NCBI GenBank assembly: GCA_027604505.1
Contig: JADIIX010000049.1
Location: 124,001-155,387, forward strand
Direction: 5' to 3'
Length of the DNA stretch: 31,387 nucleotides
Source of the DNA: Gonapodya sp. JEL0774
Lineage: Eukaryota
Shown here: one piece after another, positions 1 to 14,735 of the stretch
How positions within the stretch are numbered: position 1 is the first letter of the stretch
Layout: every line of letters starts with the position of its first letter
Made by a program: the position numbers and the translations under genes
Notes under the pieces: generated by a model
The model's database searches: none
Told to the model about the DNA's origin: nothing
Seen by the model: the letters and a program-made list of their open reading frames with translations, nothing else

Positions 1-117
1 GATTCCCCAAGAGCCATGACTCAGATTGCAGAAAGTTGACTAAGCTTGTCCTTCGTGCGGCCAGAACTTCACATTCAGTCGCGTGCGGTGATAATATATT
101 ACATTGTTGAATATATG

Positions 118-1530
118 TCATGTTCGGCGTTCTATTTGGAGTTTTGCTGTCCCCAAGTGGGATGCTCGCTCCACAGCTAAATCCGCACTATCGCGGTTCT
201 CCACGAAATGTCCTTGCAGCATTGCCGTGCTCACATGGCGATCCGCAAGGCTTTGCACGAACCTCTCACACAGCTTTTCATCTGCGTTCGCGAAGAATCT
301 CCGAAACATTCCACGTATTTGATGTGGAGTCGCCCACCCGAATTCGTGCCGCACGTCCACACGGCCAGGTCGGATTAGGGCCGGATCTAATTGGGATGCG
401 TGGTTGGTGGTCATGAAAATAATGCGCTCTTCCGAGGAAGCAACACCGTCGAGAGCATTTAGCAGGCCAGAAAAAGTGACCATGGAGGAGAAGCTATCAC
501 CGCATCGGTTGGTTTCAAACCAATACTGTCAACAACTAAAATCACATATATTCCTTCAACCGTCTACTCACCCCTGCTTGTCCGTCTGCTCTCGCTTTGA
601 AAACGCCGCATCAATATCCTCGAGCAATATTAAGCTGCGATGCGGCGCATGGCTAAGGAGGTGGTTCAGGCGGTCGTCAGTAAGGCCGCGTTCTGCGAGG
701 TTGAGGACACAGATATTGTACTCTAGGTGGCCAGCCAGAGCCAGAATGAACGATGTTTTACCAGAGCCAGGAACACCGTACAGTAGGTACCCCCTTCGAT
801 AGGGAATACCTTGAGGAACGTGAGAAGAGATTTACGGTCCTGATGTTAGAAAACGGCTGTGTGACGCACCTCTGTCGTAGTACCATCTGCCATTGTCAAT
901 AAATCCTCTGACGTCATTCAATATCTTTTCCGTGACTCCATCGTCCAAAACCACGGAATCGAGTGGCCGTCTTCGTCTCGGCTGGCCGAATGGCCTCCAA
1001 TCAGGCCCATAGCTCGAGTAAATCACCGTTTTACCCTCCTCCTTCTCCAACGCTAATACCCTTGATTCCTCGAGAAGCTCAGCGAATAACTTCCTGTCCC
1101 GTGTCAGCGTCGTGAGCGTCACAGTCTCCCATGGAGCAGCGTTCGTTAGGTCCAACATCTGCCGCTCCCGCGTTCTCTCCACCATGAACCATGCGCCCCG
1201 ATAACGAAAAAAGTGAGTACCTGGGCCTGCAACGAGCCCAAACTCAGTCTTGGTACTTCCGTTATCGTGCCGGGTGTGCTGAGTTTGGACGCTCAAAGTA
1301 GGGTTCCATGCTGAAGCGGTAGGCGATGAAGTCATCCAATTCAGCACCCACGGGTATGCTTTGTCTTTGGATGGAATTTCCAAGGTAACCAAGAGCCGCC
1401 GACGGGCGATGCTAGCTCCCTGAACGAATCCTTTGCGAAGTACGGCGAGCGCGGTGCCCACGCCGAAAAGGCCGAATCCGGCAGTGAAGTAAGGGTTCCC
1501 TTCGAAAGCTGCAAAAATTGTTTCGCTCAT
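118..1530 (-). CDS. BCS1: Mitochondrial AAA chaperone BCS1 (Rieske protein translocase), 3 exons: 1530-870, 809-572, 493-118
   Basis: N-terminal '[18 protein letters not shown]' TM segment, BCS1_N motifs 'PWETVTLT' and '[18 protein letters not shown]'. Spliced '[21 protein letters not shown]' (Walker A), then '[27 protein letters not shown]...[12 protein letters not shown]'. GT-AG introns 869-810 and 571-494 keep frame. Confidence 0.97.
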
Positions 1531-1820
1531 GGGCTGGGCGATGGAGCAAAGCGCCGATGGGTCGTGACGGGACGGTGGCGACAGAGAATTTGCTTTTCTC
1601 GGCAGGTGAAGATGTGAAGACCTACAATGACCTCTGGCCCGCCCCATCAAACAGAAGTCACACATCATTCAGTCTATTTGTGGTTGTGAAACAAAACTAA
1701 TCAACAAACGGTAGTACAACAGCGTGTCTCGTTTTTCAAGGTATCTGCCCTGCAGTTCAACAAATGGGCGGTGTCAAAACTCTTTACACTCCAAACGCGC
1801 CAATCAACCCCGTTCCCCAA

Positions 1821-3958
1821 CTATTGCGCCGCCTGCGCCTCCATCGCTGGCTCGAAGCGTTCACTGGATGAGGACCGTGAAATGGTGGTCGAAGATACAA
1901 CACCCGATCGCGTGCTCAGGCTGCGGCTGGTGGAGTTCCCCAGGTTTGTCTGCGTTGTGGACGAGGCACTCCCTCGGTGCCCATCGAGAGAAAAGCGACG
2001 AAATTGTGTGTGGTGTTTTGTGGGAGGTGGGGACCAGATGGCGGTGCTGAGATTGCGTTCGGCCTGTTCGGGAGTGCTGGGGTCGACTCTACATGCATTC
2101 CAAGCACAGAAGTGAGCACTCGGACAACGAAGGACCGGAACTTGTGTTGAAACTTACCCTTTCCTAGCCAACAAAGTCCATCGATCTCCGGTATGTGAGA
2201 AAAACCGCGACGTCCACCGGACCCCTTCCGCATCTCTCGCCCGTGCGTTTGCCCTCTGAGTGTCCTCAATAAGGTTTTTCTCCATAGTTGCCGTGTCCAT
2301 ATCCTGTTTTACAAGACTTGCTGTCACCGGAGACCATAGACTGTTTTACAAGGTCGAGGGATGAGAAACAACTCGAATGTTCACTTTTACACCGTGATCA
2401 ATGCGAAACAAACCGTCGTGACTCGTACTCCTCCTGTTCACTAATTGGCGCAACGTTCATGGGCTGGATTTGCGCCTGCATTGCGTCAAACAGTACATGT
2501 GGTTCCCCGTCCTGCAGTCCTGGAAACGTGAAGCCCTTCTTTCGAGCCTGCAAGCAGTGAGCGCATCATAAGTGCAAAGACATAAGAACCCGAAGCCGCG
2601 GTGCGCAATAATACGGAAAGGAAACGTACCTTTGGAGACACCTGTATGTACAACGTATCCGACCATTTTCCAGATAGCAGAAAGAGTTCTTCGCCAGTAG
2701 ACTCCTTCTTAATGACGCCTTTGATTGCATTAAAAGTACCAGTGAAAAAGCCCTGGACAGGATCACAGCACAGCGACACGTCGGAAATTTGTGACTCATT
2801 CACTTTTTGGACGACCAAACTCACCTTCACCAAGAACTCAATTTCGGCAACCAAGTCCGACTTTGCACACCGAACAATGGCCTTGTCGCCCATTTCCATG
2901 TACATTTTTCCGAACAATATCCCCCGAGCGTAAGCGTTGGGCATCGTCACGTAGTATTCCTCCCCTTGCAGCATGTCTGTCCCAGGGAACGAAATGAAGG
3001 AACATCCTTCCATGAAGGATGCAGCACTGTTTCCAAGAAACTTTGAGTGCGGTGACATAGTTCCTTCCACCATGATGTGATTTTGCGGGTTAGAATAGAA
3101 GAAGGCGGACATGGGGGGGTGGTGCGATACTTGTTCCGAGACGTAGAGGGAGGTAGAGGAGTCGGAAAGCGTCCAAGAAGAGCGAAATATCTCACCGAGG
3201 ACGGGGTTGTAAGGTTTTTTGACGCCCTTGAAAAGGAGGTGTCGAAGTGGGCGACAAGGGAGAAAAAGAAGTAAGGGCACGAACGATACCTTCGGGCGGA
3301 TGTGCCATCCTGCGAGGAAGTACTTTGTCACCTGGACAAATCGCTCTACTGGATCATCAATTTGAGGTACTCTGAGTGATGTTGTGATTGAAATTCGCGA
3401 AGTGGACGGTAGTTTACGCAGTCAGGTCGGTGTTTCCGTGCGTATGCGCAGGTGATACACGGGTAGGGGTCAGCTCAAATGGATTTCATGGCTTGATCGA
3501 CATTGTTCCTCGAACTTACCGGACAAGTATGTCCGGGTGTGCAAAGAAGTCGGATATGCGTTCAAGCATGCTCCTGGGTTCCAACACGAACACCGGAAGA
3601 GCGACGCGGTGAAGGTCCATTCCTTTTCGCAGCTGTGATATGATTCCAAGGAGAATGTTCCTGTAGCGAACACGTTGAGCCAGCGCGTGTGATCACACAA
3701 GACCAGCAGTGCGTTGAAGATGAGACCCCACGATCAGCCGGACGGATGAGACCCGTCCGATGCAGACATGGCGGGATGGACAGCTGAGTAAGCGATTGCA
3801 TCATTGGAACAGACTAATATCCAGCCATCGCACCTGGGCTTCTCGTCTAGAATGTCCTGCTCCACCTCCGACCCCATGTCGCTCCTGCACTCGTCCATGC
3901 TCAACTGAGAGGTCGCTGCGACCTCCAAAGGAGCACTCATCAATTTGGTTGGGCCCAT
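1821..3958 (-). CDS. Oxysterol-binding protein-related lipid transfer protein (Osh6/Osh7, ORP5/8-like), about 8 exons; start may extend to the ATG at 4118 via a further intron
   Basis: Spliced motifs 'ISQLRKGMDLHRVALPVFVLEPRSMLER', 'KYFLAGWHIRPK-GVKKPYNPVLGEIF', OSBP signature 'EQVSHHPP', 'PNAYARGILFGKM', 'LSGKWS' and 'EEYESRRLWSPV...KNLIEDTQR'. Last exon ends 'AMEAQAAQ*' at TAG 1823-1821. Confidence 0.92.
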
Positions 3959-4838
3959 TTTGATCCTGGGGTTCAGCAGAAGTGGTGGAGCTCGCGCCTG
4001 GAGTGCGACTAGGAATTCTTCCTCGTCTGACTTGGTGGACCAAAGTCCAAAGGGAAGGGAACTTACTCCCAGACGACCCTAAAACTCGCTGAGCTCCAAG
4101 GGAACGCACAGTGGGCATATGTACCTTCAGCTCTCTTGTGTCGGTTTCTGTGTCTTTGGCTTAAACGGCATGAGGAGAAGCAACAATGCTTGCATGCACA
4201 ATGGGTAATAATGTTTTGTCGCGTTATTATAAATATACTAGCCTTTCTTCTTGTCTCCTTTCAATGGTTTTGCACTATCTACGTGTTAGGTTACGGACCT
4301 GAACTATGGCTTTCCGGAGAGATGGTCACGCTCTGCGGTAGAGCGCCGCGATCACCCGAGGGTAGCCTGCGACAGCCTGTCCCACCACGCTGATCATCAA
4401 ATTGAATCCCAGAGGCATGTTCTCAAGATATCTGTACAACGGAAAAAGCAATGAGATAAGTTTGCATCAGCGTGAGCGAACAGCTTTATTCTTTGTTTTA
4501 GGTAAGTTGCAAAAGATGACAGAATCACAGAATTTATACTCTTAAAACTCAGGCCGTATTTTATTTGTCTGTTCGTCTTCCAGGAAATGAGCCCCTCCAA
4601 CATCAAAAGCGGCAATCCAGGGCATTGGTCGAGGTGGGATGAGGCGAATTGGGAGCAAAATCGTCAACACAGGGACTCTCAACCAATAAATTTCCCGGTA
4701 AATCAAATTCAACTAGCTCCCTTGGGACCAAATTTTACGTCACACGCACAATCGTGATACACAACAGGATTCCAAAATAAGATGCCACATGCAGTCACAC
4801 ACAAGAAAAACACAAAAATTAAATGACGGGGAAATCGT

Positions 4839-7762
4839 CTATGAGGTTCCGGTCTTGTTTTTCCCCTCGTCTGCCTCAACAACGTCTTCTTCGTCACCAG
4901 AGCCCTTCCGGCTACGCTTCACCTCCCTGTCCTCGCTCTTGCTGTCGTCTTCGTCGTAGTTGGTCTCGTCTAGCCCCCGCTTCACCGTTGCACGGTCTTC
5001 GGTGTTGGTGGTGGCTGTGGCTGGCGTTGAGGGGGTGGGAGTGTTGGTGCTGATAGCTGACACAGCCGCGAGCTGATCCAGCGGGGACAGATCCGTTGGT
5101 GAGGAGCGTGCACCACCACCGGTGTTGCCAGTAATGACGCTGTTACTGTTGCTGCCATTGTTTCCACTGATTCCGTTGCCACCGTTGCTACCTGACAGCC
5201 CGGACTGACCATTCGTTGCCACCGGGGTGACAGTCGCCGGAGGCATGATTGATGCCGCATGCAATGATCCCAGACCCGACAACGCCGCTGCTGCCATCAC
5301 ATCAAGGCCATTCGTTGTCGTCGTTGGCGTGTAGCGCTCTGATGTCGGTAAAGCCGCAGACGTCACCGGTGGCACGGGCAGTGTGGACTGCTGATTGGGC
5401 GGGGTGTACAGTCGGGCCGGGGGGGTTGGAGCTGGAGGAGATGTGAAACCAAATGAATGATGTGCACAAGCGGGCTCACAAATACGCAATGGGTGGTGCT
5501 CACCTGTTCCCGAACTCTGCTCTCTATCTTGCCCGTAATACCCGGCAGGCGCTCCATTGGAGACTTGAGACCCGTGTCCAAGTGTCCCGTTCTGTCCCGC
5601 TCCCGGGGCACCAGAGGTTACTGACGGGTATCCAGGTCTCCGTGACCCATCCATATTTGGCGACGGCACCACCGCTGACTGATGCTGCATGGGGGCCATC
5701 TGCATTCCAAGCCCATTTGGTCCATTTGGTCCAGTCGGACCTCGAGAGGCGTTGCCTGGAGCGGTGCCGTTTGAGTGGGGAGGCATTGGCGGGTTGGAGT
5801 TCCACCGGGGCTCGGAAAGTGGTCCAGAGGGACCTCTTTGTGGAGGAAGGGGTGACTGATGCTGTCCAGGGTAGGAAATGGTCAGATGTCGGTAGAGCAA
5901 ACTTGCGACACGATGTCGCTCACATTCGATCCGGGACCACCCGAGCCGTTCACTCTTGAGTACCCCGGAATCTGTTGGGGAGGCCCCCATGGCTGACCCT
6001 GAGGCCCTTGTGCTCCATTGGGATGCTGTTGACTTTGGAAAGCCATAGGGTTCACCCTATCCTGCGGTCCCGCAGGAGGTACCACGTTATGCGCGCCTTG
6101 TTCAAGAAGTTGCAGCCGCTGCTTGACATGCGGATTGTTGGGGTCAAGTTCGAGAGCGCGCTTGTACGCATCCATGGCATCACTGATTTGGTTGTTACAC
6201 GATTCGTAGAGAGTACCGAGGTCGTACCTGAGGACAAATGGTTTCACGTCGACGATGCATTCTAGTACGAGGAAGAACCAACGAGAGCGACGGGCAAGAG
6301 CCGCAAGACATACCAGACTTCACTGATGTAAGGATTCAGTCTAATGGCTCGCGAGTACGCGTCCAATGCATCCCGGTATTGGTTGATTTGATAGTAGAGA
6401 ACACCAATGGAGCACCAGAACGTTGGGTTCCTTCCATCTCTATAAACCGCCTGCTGGTACGCATCATACGCCTTGTTAAACTTTTGCTGTGCCATGAAGC
6501 ACCTTCCGAGGAGATACCATGTCTGGGCATCTCCCGCGTCGGATTCTAGGGAGCGGGTGAGGAAGGACACGGCTAGCTCTTGGTTAACGAAGGAGGAAGA
6601 TTGCTGGTGGTAGAGCCAACCAAGTTGCTGGAGAACTTTAGCGTGAGTTGGGTTTTCGGCTAGGACACGCTCATATGCGCCGCGGGCGGAATCGAAGTCC
6701 TTTTGCTGCTCGTGGCTGTTTAAACGGGCATGTGCGTTACAGATAAACGTTTGATGAGACCACAGTCTAGCTCCTTTCAACTCACACGTGCCCTATCTGG
6801 AACCATATGTCCATTTCAGTGAGGGGTTTAGGTGGGTTGCCAAGAATGTACCTGAAGCACTGTTCACCCAACACGACCCAAAGTGTCAATACATCAATAC
6901 CAAGTCACCATGTCGGCATAGCACACACGAGGTAATCATACCTGCAGACTCAGATCAAACTTGCTCTGTTGCTTGTAAATGATGCCGAGGCGGAAGTAAA
7001 TCTCGTTTGCTTTCTCAAACTTGGGTTCCATCCGGATAACAGCTGCAAACGCCTCCTCTGCATGGTCGTAAGAACCGTAGCGATCATAAAGTATGCCGAT
7101 ACCGTACCAAAGCTTCGGCTCCTGTGGAGATGGAGGAGTAGAAAGATTAGAACAGTGCTGAGTCAAAACAGACCATCGATGCTCACTTTCGGGTTCGGTA
7201 AGTGATACAACGCTTGTTGATAGGCCTGATACGCCTTCTGGAGATCGTCTTGCATGAGGTAGCAATGTCCCAACGCGCCCCAAACCTCGCCGTTTCCTTG
7301 GTCCACACTAAGAACTCGGTTGAAGTACTCTACGGCACGAGGGTATTGTTCTCGAGCACGACAGAGAGCGGCAATTTGTGTGAGGGCTGGGACAGAATAA
7401 GGGTTGTGTCGGAGAGCAGATTCGAATGCGGCCATGGCCCTGTCGGGGTCGTTCATGGACTCCGCCAGTGTTCCTGAAGGGAGTACAAGAAGCAATTGAG
7501 CATTAGAAGGCCAAAGTGAGAGAATGTATATGCCGCGAAGTGATCCATGACATGATGGCGTGGGGATGGCAAACAGTTCGGTCCGAAAAGTTTTCCCGAA
7601 TTCCCCCGGTCCCACCATCAACCTCCAACACGGCCACGTCAGAAGAAAACGCAGGAGCCATAACTCACCTATAGAGAGCCATGTTTGCTCATTCATTGTG
7701 GTGAGCCGTTGCGAAACGGTCATTGCTGGGTAAGGGTGGTTAGGAGCAGGGTGTGTCGCCAT
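4839..7762 (-). CDS. CYC8: General transcriptional co-repressor Cyc8/Ssn6 (TPR array plus Q/P/G/N/T-rich C-terminal tail), multi-exon
   Basis: TPR repeats with Ssn6 hallmarks: 'NEQTWLSIG', 'AFESALRHNPYS', 'GEVWGALGHCYLMQDDLQKAYQAYQQALYHL', 'PKLWYGIGILYDRYGS', 'YQQAVYRDGRNPTFWCSIGVLYYQINQYRDALDAYSRAIRLNPYISEVWYDLGTLYESCNNQ'. ATG at 7762, TAG at 4841-4839. Confidence 0.96.
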
Positions 7763-9349
7763 CTCGACAACAGTAATTTTGGCAATGGGGGTCGAAGGGA
7801 AAGTCTCGGACTTGTCAGTTGTCCAAAGATGGAATACAGGGCGAGAACGGATGCTATGAGGTGTCAGAATGCGCGATTTGGAAGATGTTTGTTTCTTCTC
7901 TGCAGGACGGTGGAAGAGGAGCAAAGCAGTGAGGGATGAGGAGGCGACTAACCCCCCAACACGAACGGCACCGTTCGCCGACACTGTTCGCCAAATCCCC
8001 TCACAAAATAAAGCCTGTTGATTCACAAATATATCCAGTAGCGTTTGTAACTGGCTGTTGGTTTCTCGAGCTGAGATGGTTTCCGTCATCGGCTCTCTTT
8101 CCAGCTGAACGCGACATTCCATGGCGGCAGCGGCAACTCGATGAACAAAAAGTAGTAGACACTCACATCCGATGGACTGAGACGCGTCCGAAAAGCTTAT
8201 GGTGTTTGGGATGCCAGCGGATGGGTCTGTCGTTCTCTCCTGCTGCAAAGCTGAAGAATGCTGCGCGGAACACAGGAGACTCGACAAGCGTTGTCGGTTG
8301 ACAGTGGTTTACGAAGGACGTCGGGTTTGTGGGTTGATATGTCTTGGCGGCAAGGTCGCACGAGTGTAAGATAATAATAATAACAAGGGGAGAGATGCAT
8401 CCTCACCTCCTACCTCACTGAAACCCTTTCGGCCCCCGCCTTATCGTGAGTGGGCGGCTTTCCAAGAAACCTTTCGTTTCTCCTTCCAATTGCAACAGAT
8501 GTTTGCGCCTAAGATTCTCTGTATTTCGACACGCGCCAAATAAGAAGACATCATCGACCGTGCCAAAACGAATCACTTTGCAAATTCGTATCACCGCCGT
8601 TAAGTAATACAATCACAAATTGTAGATCAATAGTTGTAGAAATTCATTTGCTTTTTTCCTACCGGTGATTGACGCTGAAATACTGAGACCATTAGTTGTC
8701 ATTTTGGCGCGTTTGTGGGTCTCGCACGAGGTGCGTGAAAGGAAAATTTCCGCAGGGTAGAAAGAGGATAAAAATGCGCTTGTCGATTTTGAATCCGCAT
8801 TACATAACGTATACGCCGTACAATGAACTCGGCTGGAACACTCCAAACCACCCGATAGAGCACACCGACATGAATAAGTGATCGCACACCGTGGACACAA
8901 ATGTGCTAGATTGTTTTAGATCCTGTCCCGGACTCGCAAAAATAAATTTAAATGATGTGTCAGGCACTTCCCTGAGACGGCCTGAACTCGGGTGAACTCG
9001 AGGTTTTCCATTCGGTGAGGCTTCACGGGATGGCATTACATTCTATTGATACATGCGGTACAACACTTATAGCAAGAATATTCGAATCAGAGCCCCGGGA
9101 TACAACTCACTCTCTCGTCACAATAAGTGCGGAAATGTACTCACGCAATTTCATGAGCAACCTTTCGCAGGGGGACACATACAAACGTTCTCCGAAATAT
9201 GAGTGCAACTGATTCGGCTATTGCTGGCCCACTAAGGCCGCGCGTACATGCCTTTACGTTTCATTCTCCTCCCCTTGCACTAACCATATCAGAAATCTAA
9301 ACCACCCAATGTACTTTCCTCGCCACTACGGAGCCCCATAACACTCTCC

Positions 9350-10633
9350 TTATGTCTCTTTCACAACCCCCACCTGGGCGGGCCTCACTACTCGCCCGTT
9401 CAAAACGTACCCACTCTTGATGACCTCGAGAACTTCTCCTTCCTTCCTTCCGGACCCCTCCGGTGCAGGCGCTTGAAATATCGCATCATGTCGGCTGGGA
9501 TCAAATTTTTCACCGAGAGGGTTGAACTCTTCGAGACCGTGCCGCCGGAACGAGGCGAGGAGGGAGGAGCGCGTGGCAACGACGCCAGAGTGAAGGGAGG
9601 AGAGAGATGGGTGTTGAGCGGGATCCATCTGGGGACAAAAGGGTATAGAATGATAGACGAGCAGGGTGAGATTAATACCAGGATAATAATGATACACATG
9701 TTGCGTGGGAGGTACAGAACGATTGGGCCTAGGTCTCTGGGCAATCCGACAACTTGCCAGTCTGGCTTCCATTAGCTGGTTTTGTGTCTTTTACATGAGG
9801 ATTCCACTCTCGCTCGTATATGCACTTGATTAATCTCCATTGATTGTCTGTACCATAAGACTGTCATCTTCGAACGTCACCCTCGCCAATGACCACTCCC
9901 GGCAAACTTAAACTCGCCAAATAGCTCCAGCAGTAAGACTCACCGATTCAATGGCCTTCCCGAGTACATCTGCAGGTTCAAGCAGGTCCTTTGCAAACTT
10001 TTGAATCGCGAATAGAACTTTTTGTTCTGCGTCGCGACGGGACCGTTCACGGACGTTTTCGGTTTCTGCGAGAGCCCGACGGTAGGCGTCCTATATGACG
10101 TTCGGGTTTGGTTCGGAGGTGGAGGAAAACAAGTGAAGGTCAAATGCGACGAAGTGGAAACAAACGACCAGCTACAAGGCTCTGCAATCACAATTCCTTT
10201 AAAATTCTGGAAGTTCGCGTGGAAATTTATTGTGTTTCGCAAATTCGCTCCAGACGATTCCTCTTCCAAATCCTTCCAACTGAGAATCGGCGTCGAGCTC
10301 TCAAAGATTTGGTCAGGCGTGTCAAAAATGACGCACCTGAAGCTCTGCAACTTGCTTTGCCTTGGACGCGAGGTCCTTCTTCAGCGCATCAAATGCCTCC
10401 TTCGTTGGAGGAGAGTCATCTGACTTTTCCTCTTCATGTTTCTGTTCGGCTTTTTCCTCACCCTGTTTTCGGACAGGCGAAGAGTGAAGTAGCCGCCGAG
10501 TGTGCGAAGGAAGCACGCGGGCCTGCAAGGTCTGTTGGCAGATGCCAGTGATGCAGGGAGAGGGCAGGGGACCCGAGCCGACGGCAGATGGTAGGGACGC
10601 GGACGCACGTGATGCGCAACGGAGGAGAAACAT
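9350..10633 (-). CDS. MGE1: Mitochondrial GrpE nucleotide exchange factor (Mge1), 3 exons approx. 10633-10337, 10090-9944, 9628-9350
   Basis: Arg/Ser-rich presequence-like N-terminus, then 'DAYRRALAETENVRERSRRD...FAIQKFAKDLLEPADVL' and C-terminal 'FNPLGEKFDPSRHDAIFQ...GYVLNGRVVRPAQVGVVK', all GrpE signatures. Confidence 0.94.
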
Positions 10634-11038
10634 CGATTGCGGGGAGGGCGAGAAAATTGTCGGAGGAACGAGAGGGGAAAGCGTTGAGAAGAAGATTCAA
10701 TATCAACAGTCTGGGAACCAAGCGTAAGTACCTGGCGGAAACCAAACGACGTGGCACACTAGACGTCATCACACTGAGTGTCAGCCCCAAACAACCTGTT
10801 CAGTAAAGCATTGCAGTGGTCATTTGATCGTTTGTTCAATTCGGTTTTACGATGCCTTTCTATGCTCTTGTATGGTTCGATTCGATAGAGGATTGTCTGC
10901 GCGCACCTGGATGTTTATGTAAATAGCAAAAAATGATCCTCCTGACTTCCTTCTTCTCTTCGTTAGAACACAATCGTTCGCCCAGTACAAGTAAGAAATA
11001 TGTGACGTGGGCACAACCCCCTTGTCCACTCTGAAACC
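10634..11038. promoter_or_regulatory. Putative bidirectional promoter between divergent MGE1 and MSF1
   Basis: Head-to-head start codons about 405 bp apart. ACGT-core motifs (GACGTGG twice, GACGTCA) are present. Function is inferred. Confidence 0.45.
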
Positions 11039-12993
<1,955 letters not shown>

Positions 12994-13325
12994 TTCTTAT
13001 TGAATGGGCATCTATGGAGGAGATTCCTTCATTTCATCAACTTATAAAGTACAAAAGGCAGGAATATTAAAGGGGTTTGTCTCCTCTATTGATGCACACT
13101 ATACGCATGATTCTAGTTCTAATTGTGAGAAGTGCTCTCTGAACAACAAAGAGTTAAAAATATTTTTTTGCACTCATAGTTGGAACTTTGTGATACTCCG
13201 TAATAAAGACTGGGAAACGCGTGTGATCAGATACAGTGGGGTGGAATCAGTAACCCAACTTGTCATGTGACTTGTCCTGCCGGTTTCGGTGAATCGAACT
13301 CTCAGCACTTAATCTCCTCGCCCCG

Positions 13326-14673
13326 ATGGCTTCGTCACAAGTTAACCTTTTCCAATCGCTAACCTCCGACTCCCCCACGTCTCGAACTCTCTTCGCCTCC
13401 GACTCTGTGATCGAGGAACCGCCGGATCACGAATTCACAAGCATTGGGTCCACCAGTCAGCGAATCAGTCGCACAAAGAGGCCGAGAGATAATGACGATT
13501 CTGTCGATGCCCTAAAAGAAGTAGAAATGGGTGGAAAGCGAACCTACAATCGCCGACCCAAGGTATGCAGTCGCTAGTGACCTTGGAGGCATGCGTCCGC
13601 CAGATGCCACTCCTGGGATGATTGGTTGGTGGTGTCTGTAAAGCATATTTTGATCCCTTTTGTGCTACATCATGCACCTTCTTGCTCTGTGACTTCTCGG
13701 AACGGTCACCTGTCCAGCCGGACCCCAAGGCACCCCGCAAACCACCCTCATCCTACGTTGAGTTTTGTAGCCTTGAGCGCGAGGCGCTGAGGAGGAAATT
13801 TGGTGACGAGTATATTCGACGACATACATTTCAAGAGATAAGTAAGAGCATCGCAGAGAAGTGAGTTGATTGTTTGCACATGCCATTGTGTGCGTAACGC
13901 CAACGGTAAATCCACCAAACTCCAAAAAGATGGAGAACCCTGGGTATCGAGGATCCTGAGTTGAAAAAGCGCCTGGACGATCGTGCTAAGGAAGCTCGAG
14001 AAAAATACGACAAAGAGTTGTTCGCATATCAGCAGACCGACGACTTCAAACGATACCAAGCAGAGTTGGATGAATGGTGGAGAAAGAATAGGTTGTATGG
14101 TGAGGCGTGCACTGAATCTGGGAGTTCTTTGGATTGTCAAATAATCATCTGCTACAATTTGCTTCAGCGAATGCAACCGACCTCGACAAATCACTACACA
14201 ACTCCGCCCGCGGTCTTGACTCTCTCAAATCTTCGGCACCTGACATCCACACCCTCGACTTGGCCAACCCAGGGATCGAGACTACTCTGGCGACCGCCGA
14301 TCCCACTGCCCTCGGATCTGCACTGCAGTCTGTACTAGAGTCCTCCACCCTGACGGACAGAGCAAAGGAGAAACTATTTGAAACTGTCGTGCTAAAACAG
14401 TTCAGGCCGTCGAATGCGGGGGATTCTACCACGAGCAAGGAACCTGTCGAAATCGGGTCAGTGCCAAAAGACGTCCTCGGGAACCAACCTGCCGAGCAAG
14501 TCACTGTGAGACGAAATAGTAGCTCTATGAGGTCCGGGGAAGTCCGCACGGAGATGATTGCCAGAACACAGCCAGCTGAAGGTTGGGAGCCTGCGCCCCG
14601 GCGAAGGAAGACAAGTTCCAGCAACGAGATGGTGCGCGGGAGCGTCCGGGCCAAGGGGAGGCCCAAGAAATAA
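13326..14673 (+). CDS. Single HMG-box protein (HMGB/Nhp6-class box) with low-complexity flanks, 4 exons
   Basis: Spliced 'KRTYNRRPK-PDPKAPRKPPSSYVEFCSLEREALR...FQEISKSIAEKWRTL...KKRLDDRAKEAREKYDKELFAYQQTDDFKRYQ'. GT-AG introns near 13563-13717, 13861-13929 and 14100-14168 keep frame. Confidence 0.85.
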
Positions 14674-14735
14674 AGCAAATTGATATTTTTCAATATCAAC
14701 GTATTGATCATACCTATTATGTTTGTACTATTGTA

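Noticed and set aside
3730..3808. Intronic box C/D snoRNA in the OSBP intron (ATGATGC...CTGA on the minus strand, internal hairpin GGACGG/CCGTCC)
   Set aside because: Box C is imperfect, the terminal stem is weak, and I could not recognise an rRNA-complementary guide. It would need snoscan or Infernal.
7163..8287. 374-aa ORF as one continuous CYC8 exon
   Set aside because: It reads through an obvious intron (7668-7474) that interrupts the first TPR, has a non-ATG start, and its upstream part has no Ssn6 similarity.
13326..14673. HMG-box gene as a mating-type (sexM/sexP, MATA_HMG) locus
   Set aside because: The box begins 'DPKAPRKPPSSY', typical of the HMGB/Nhp6 class rather than the MATA/SOX 'RPxNAF' class. 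Its neighbours (MSF1, SKI3) are not the TPT/RNA helicase genes that flank Mucorales sex loci.
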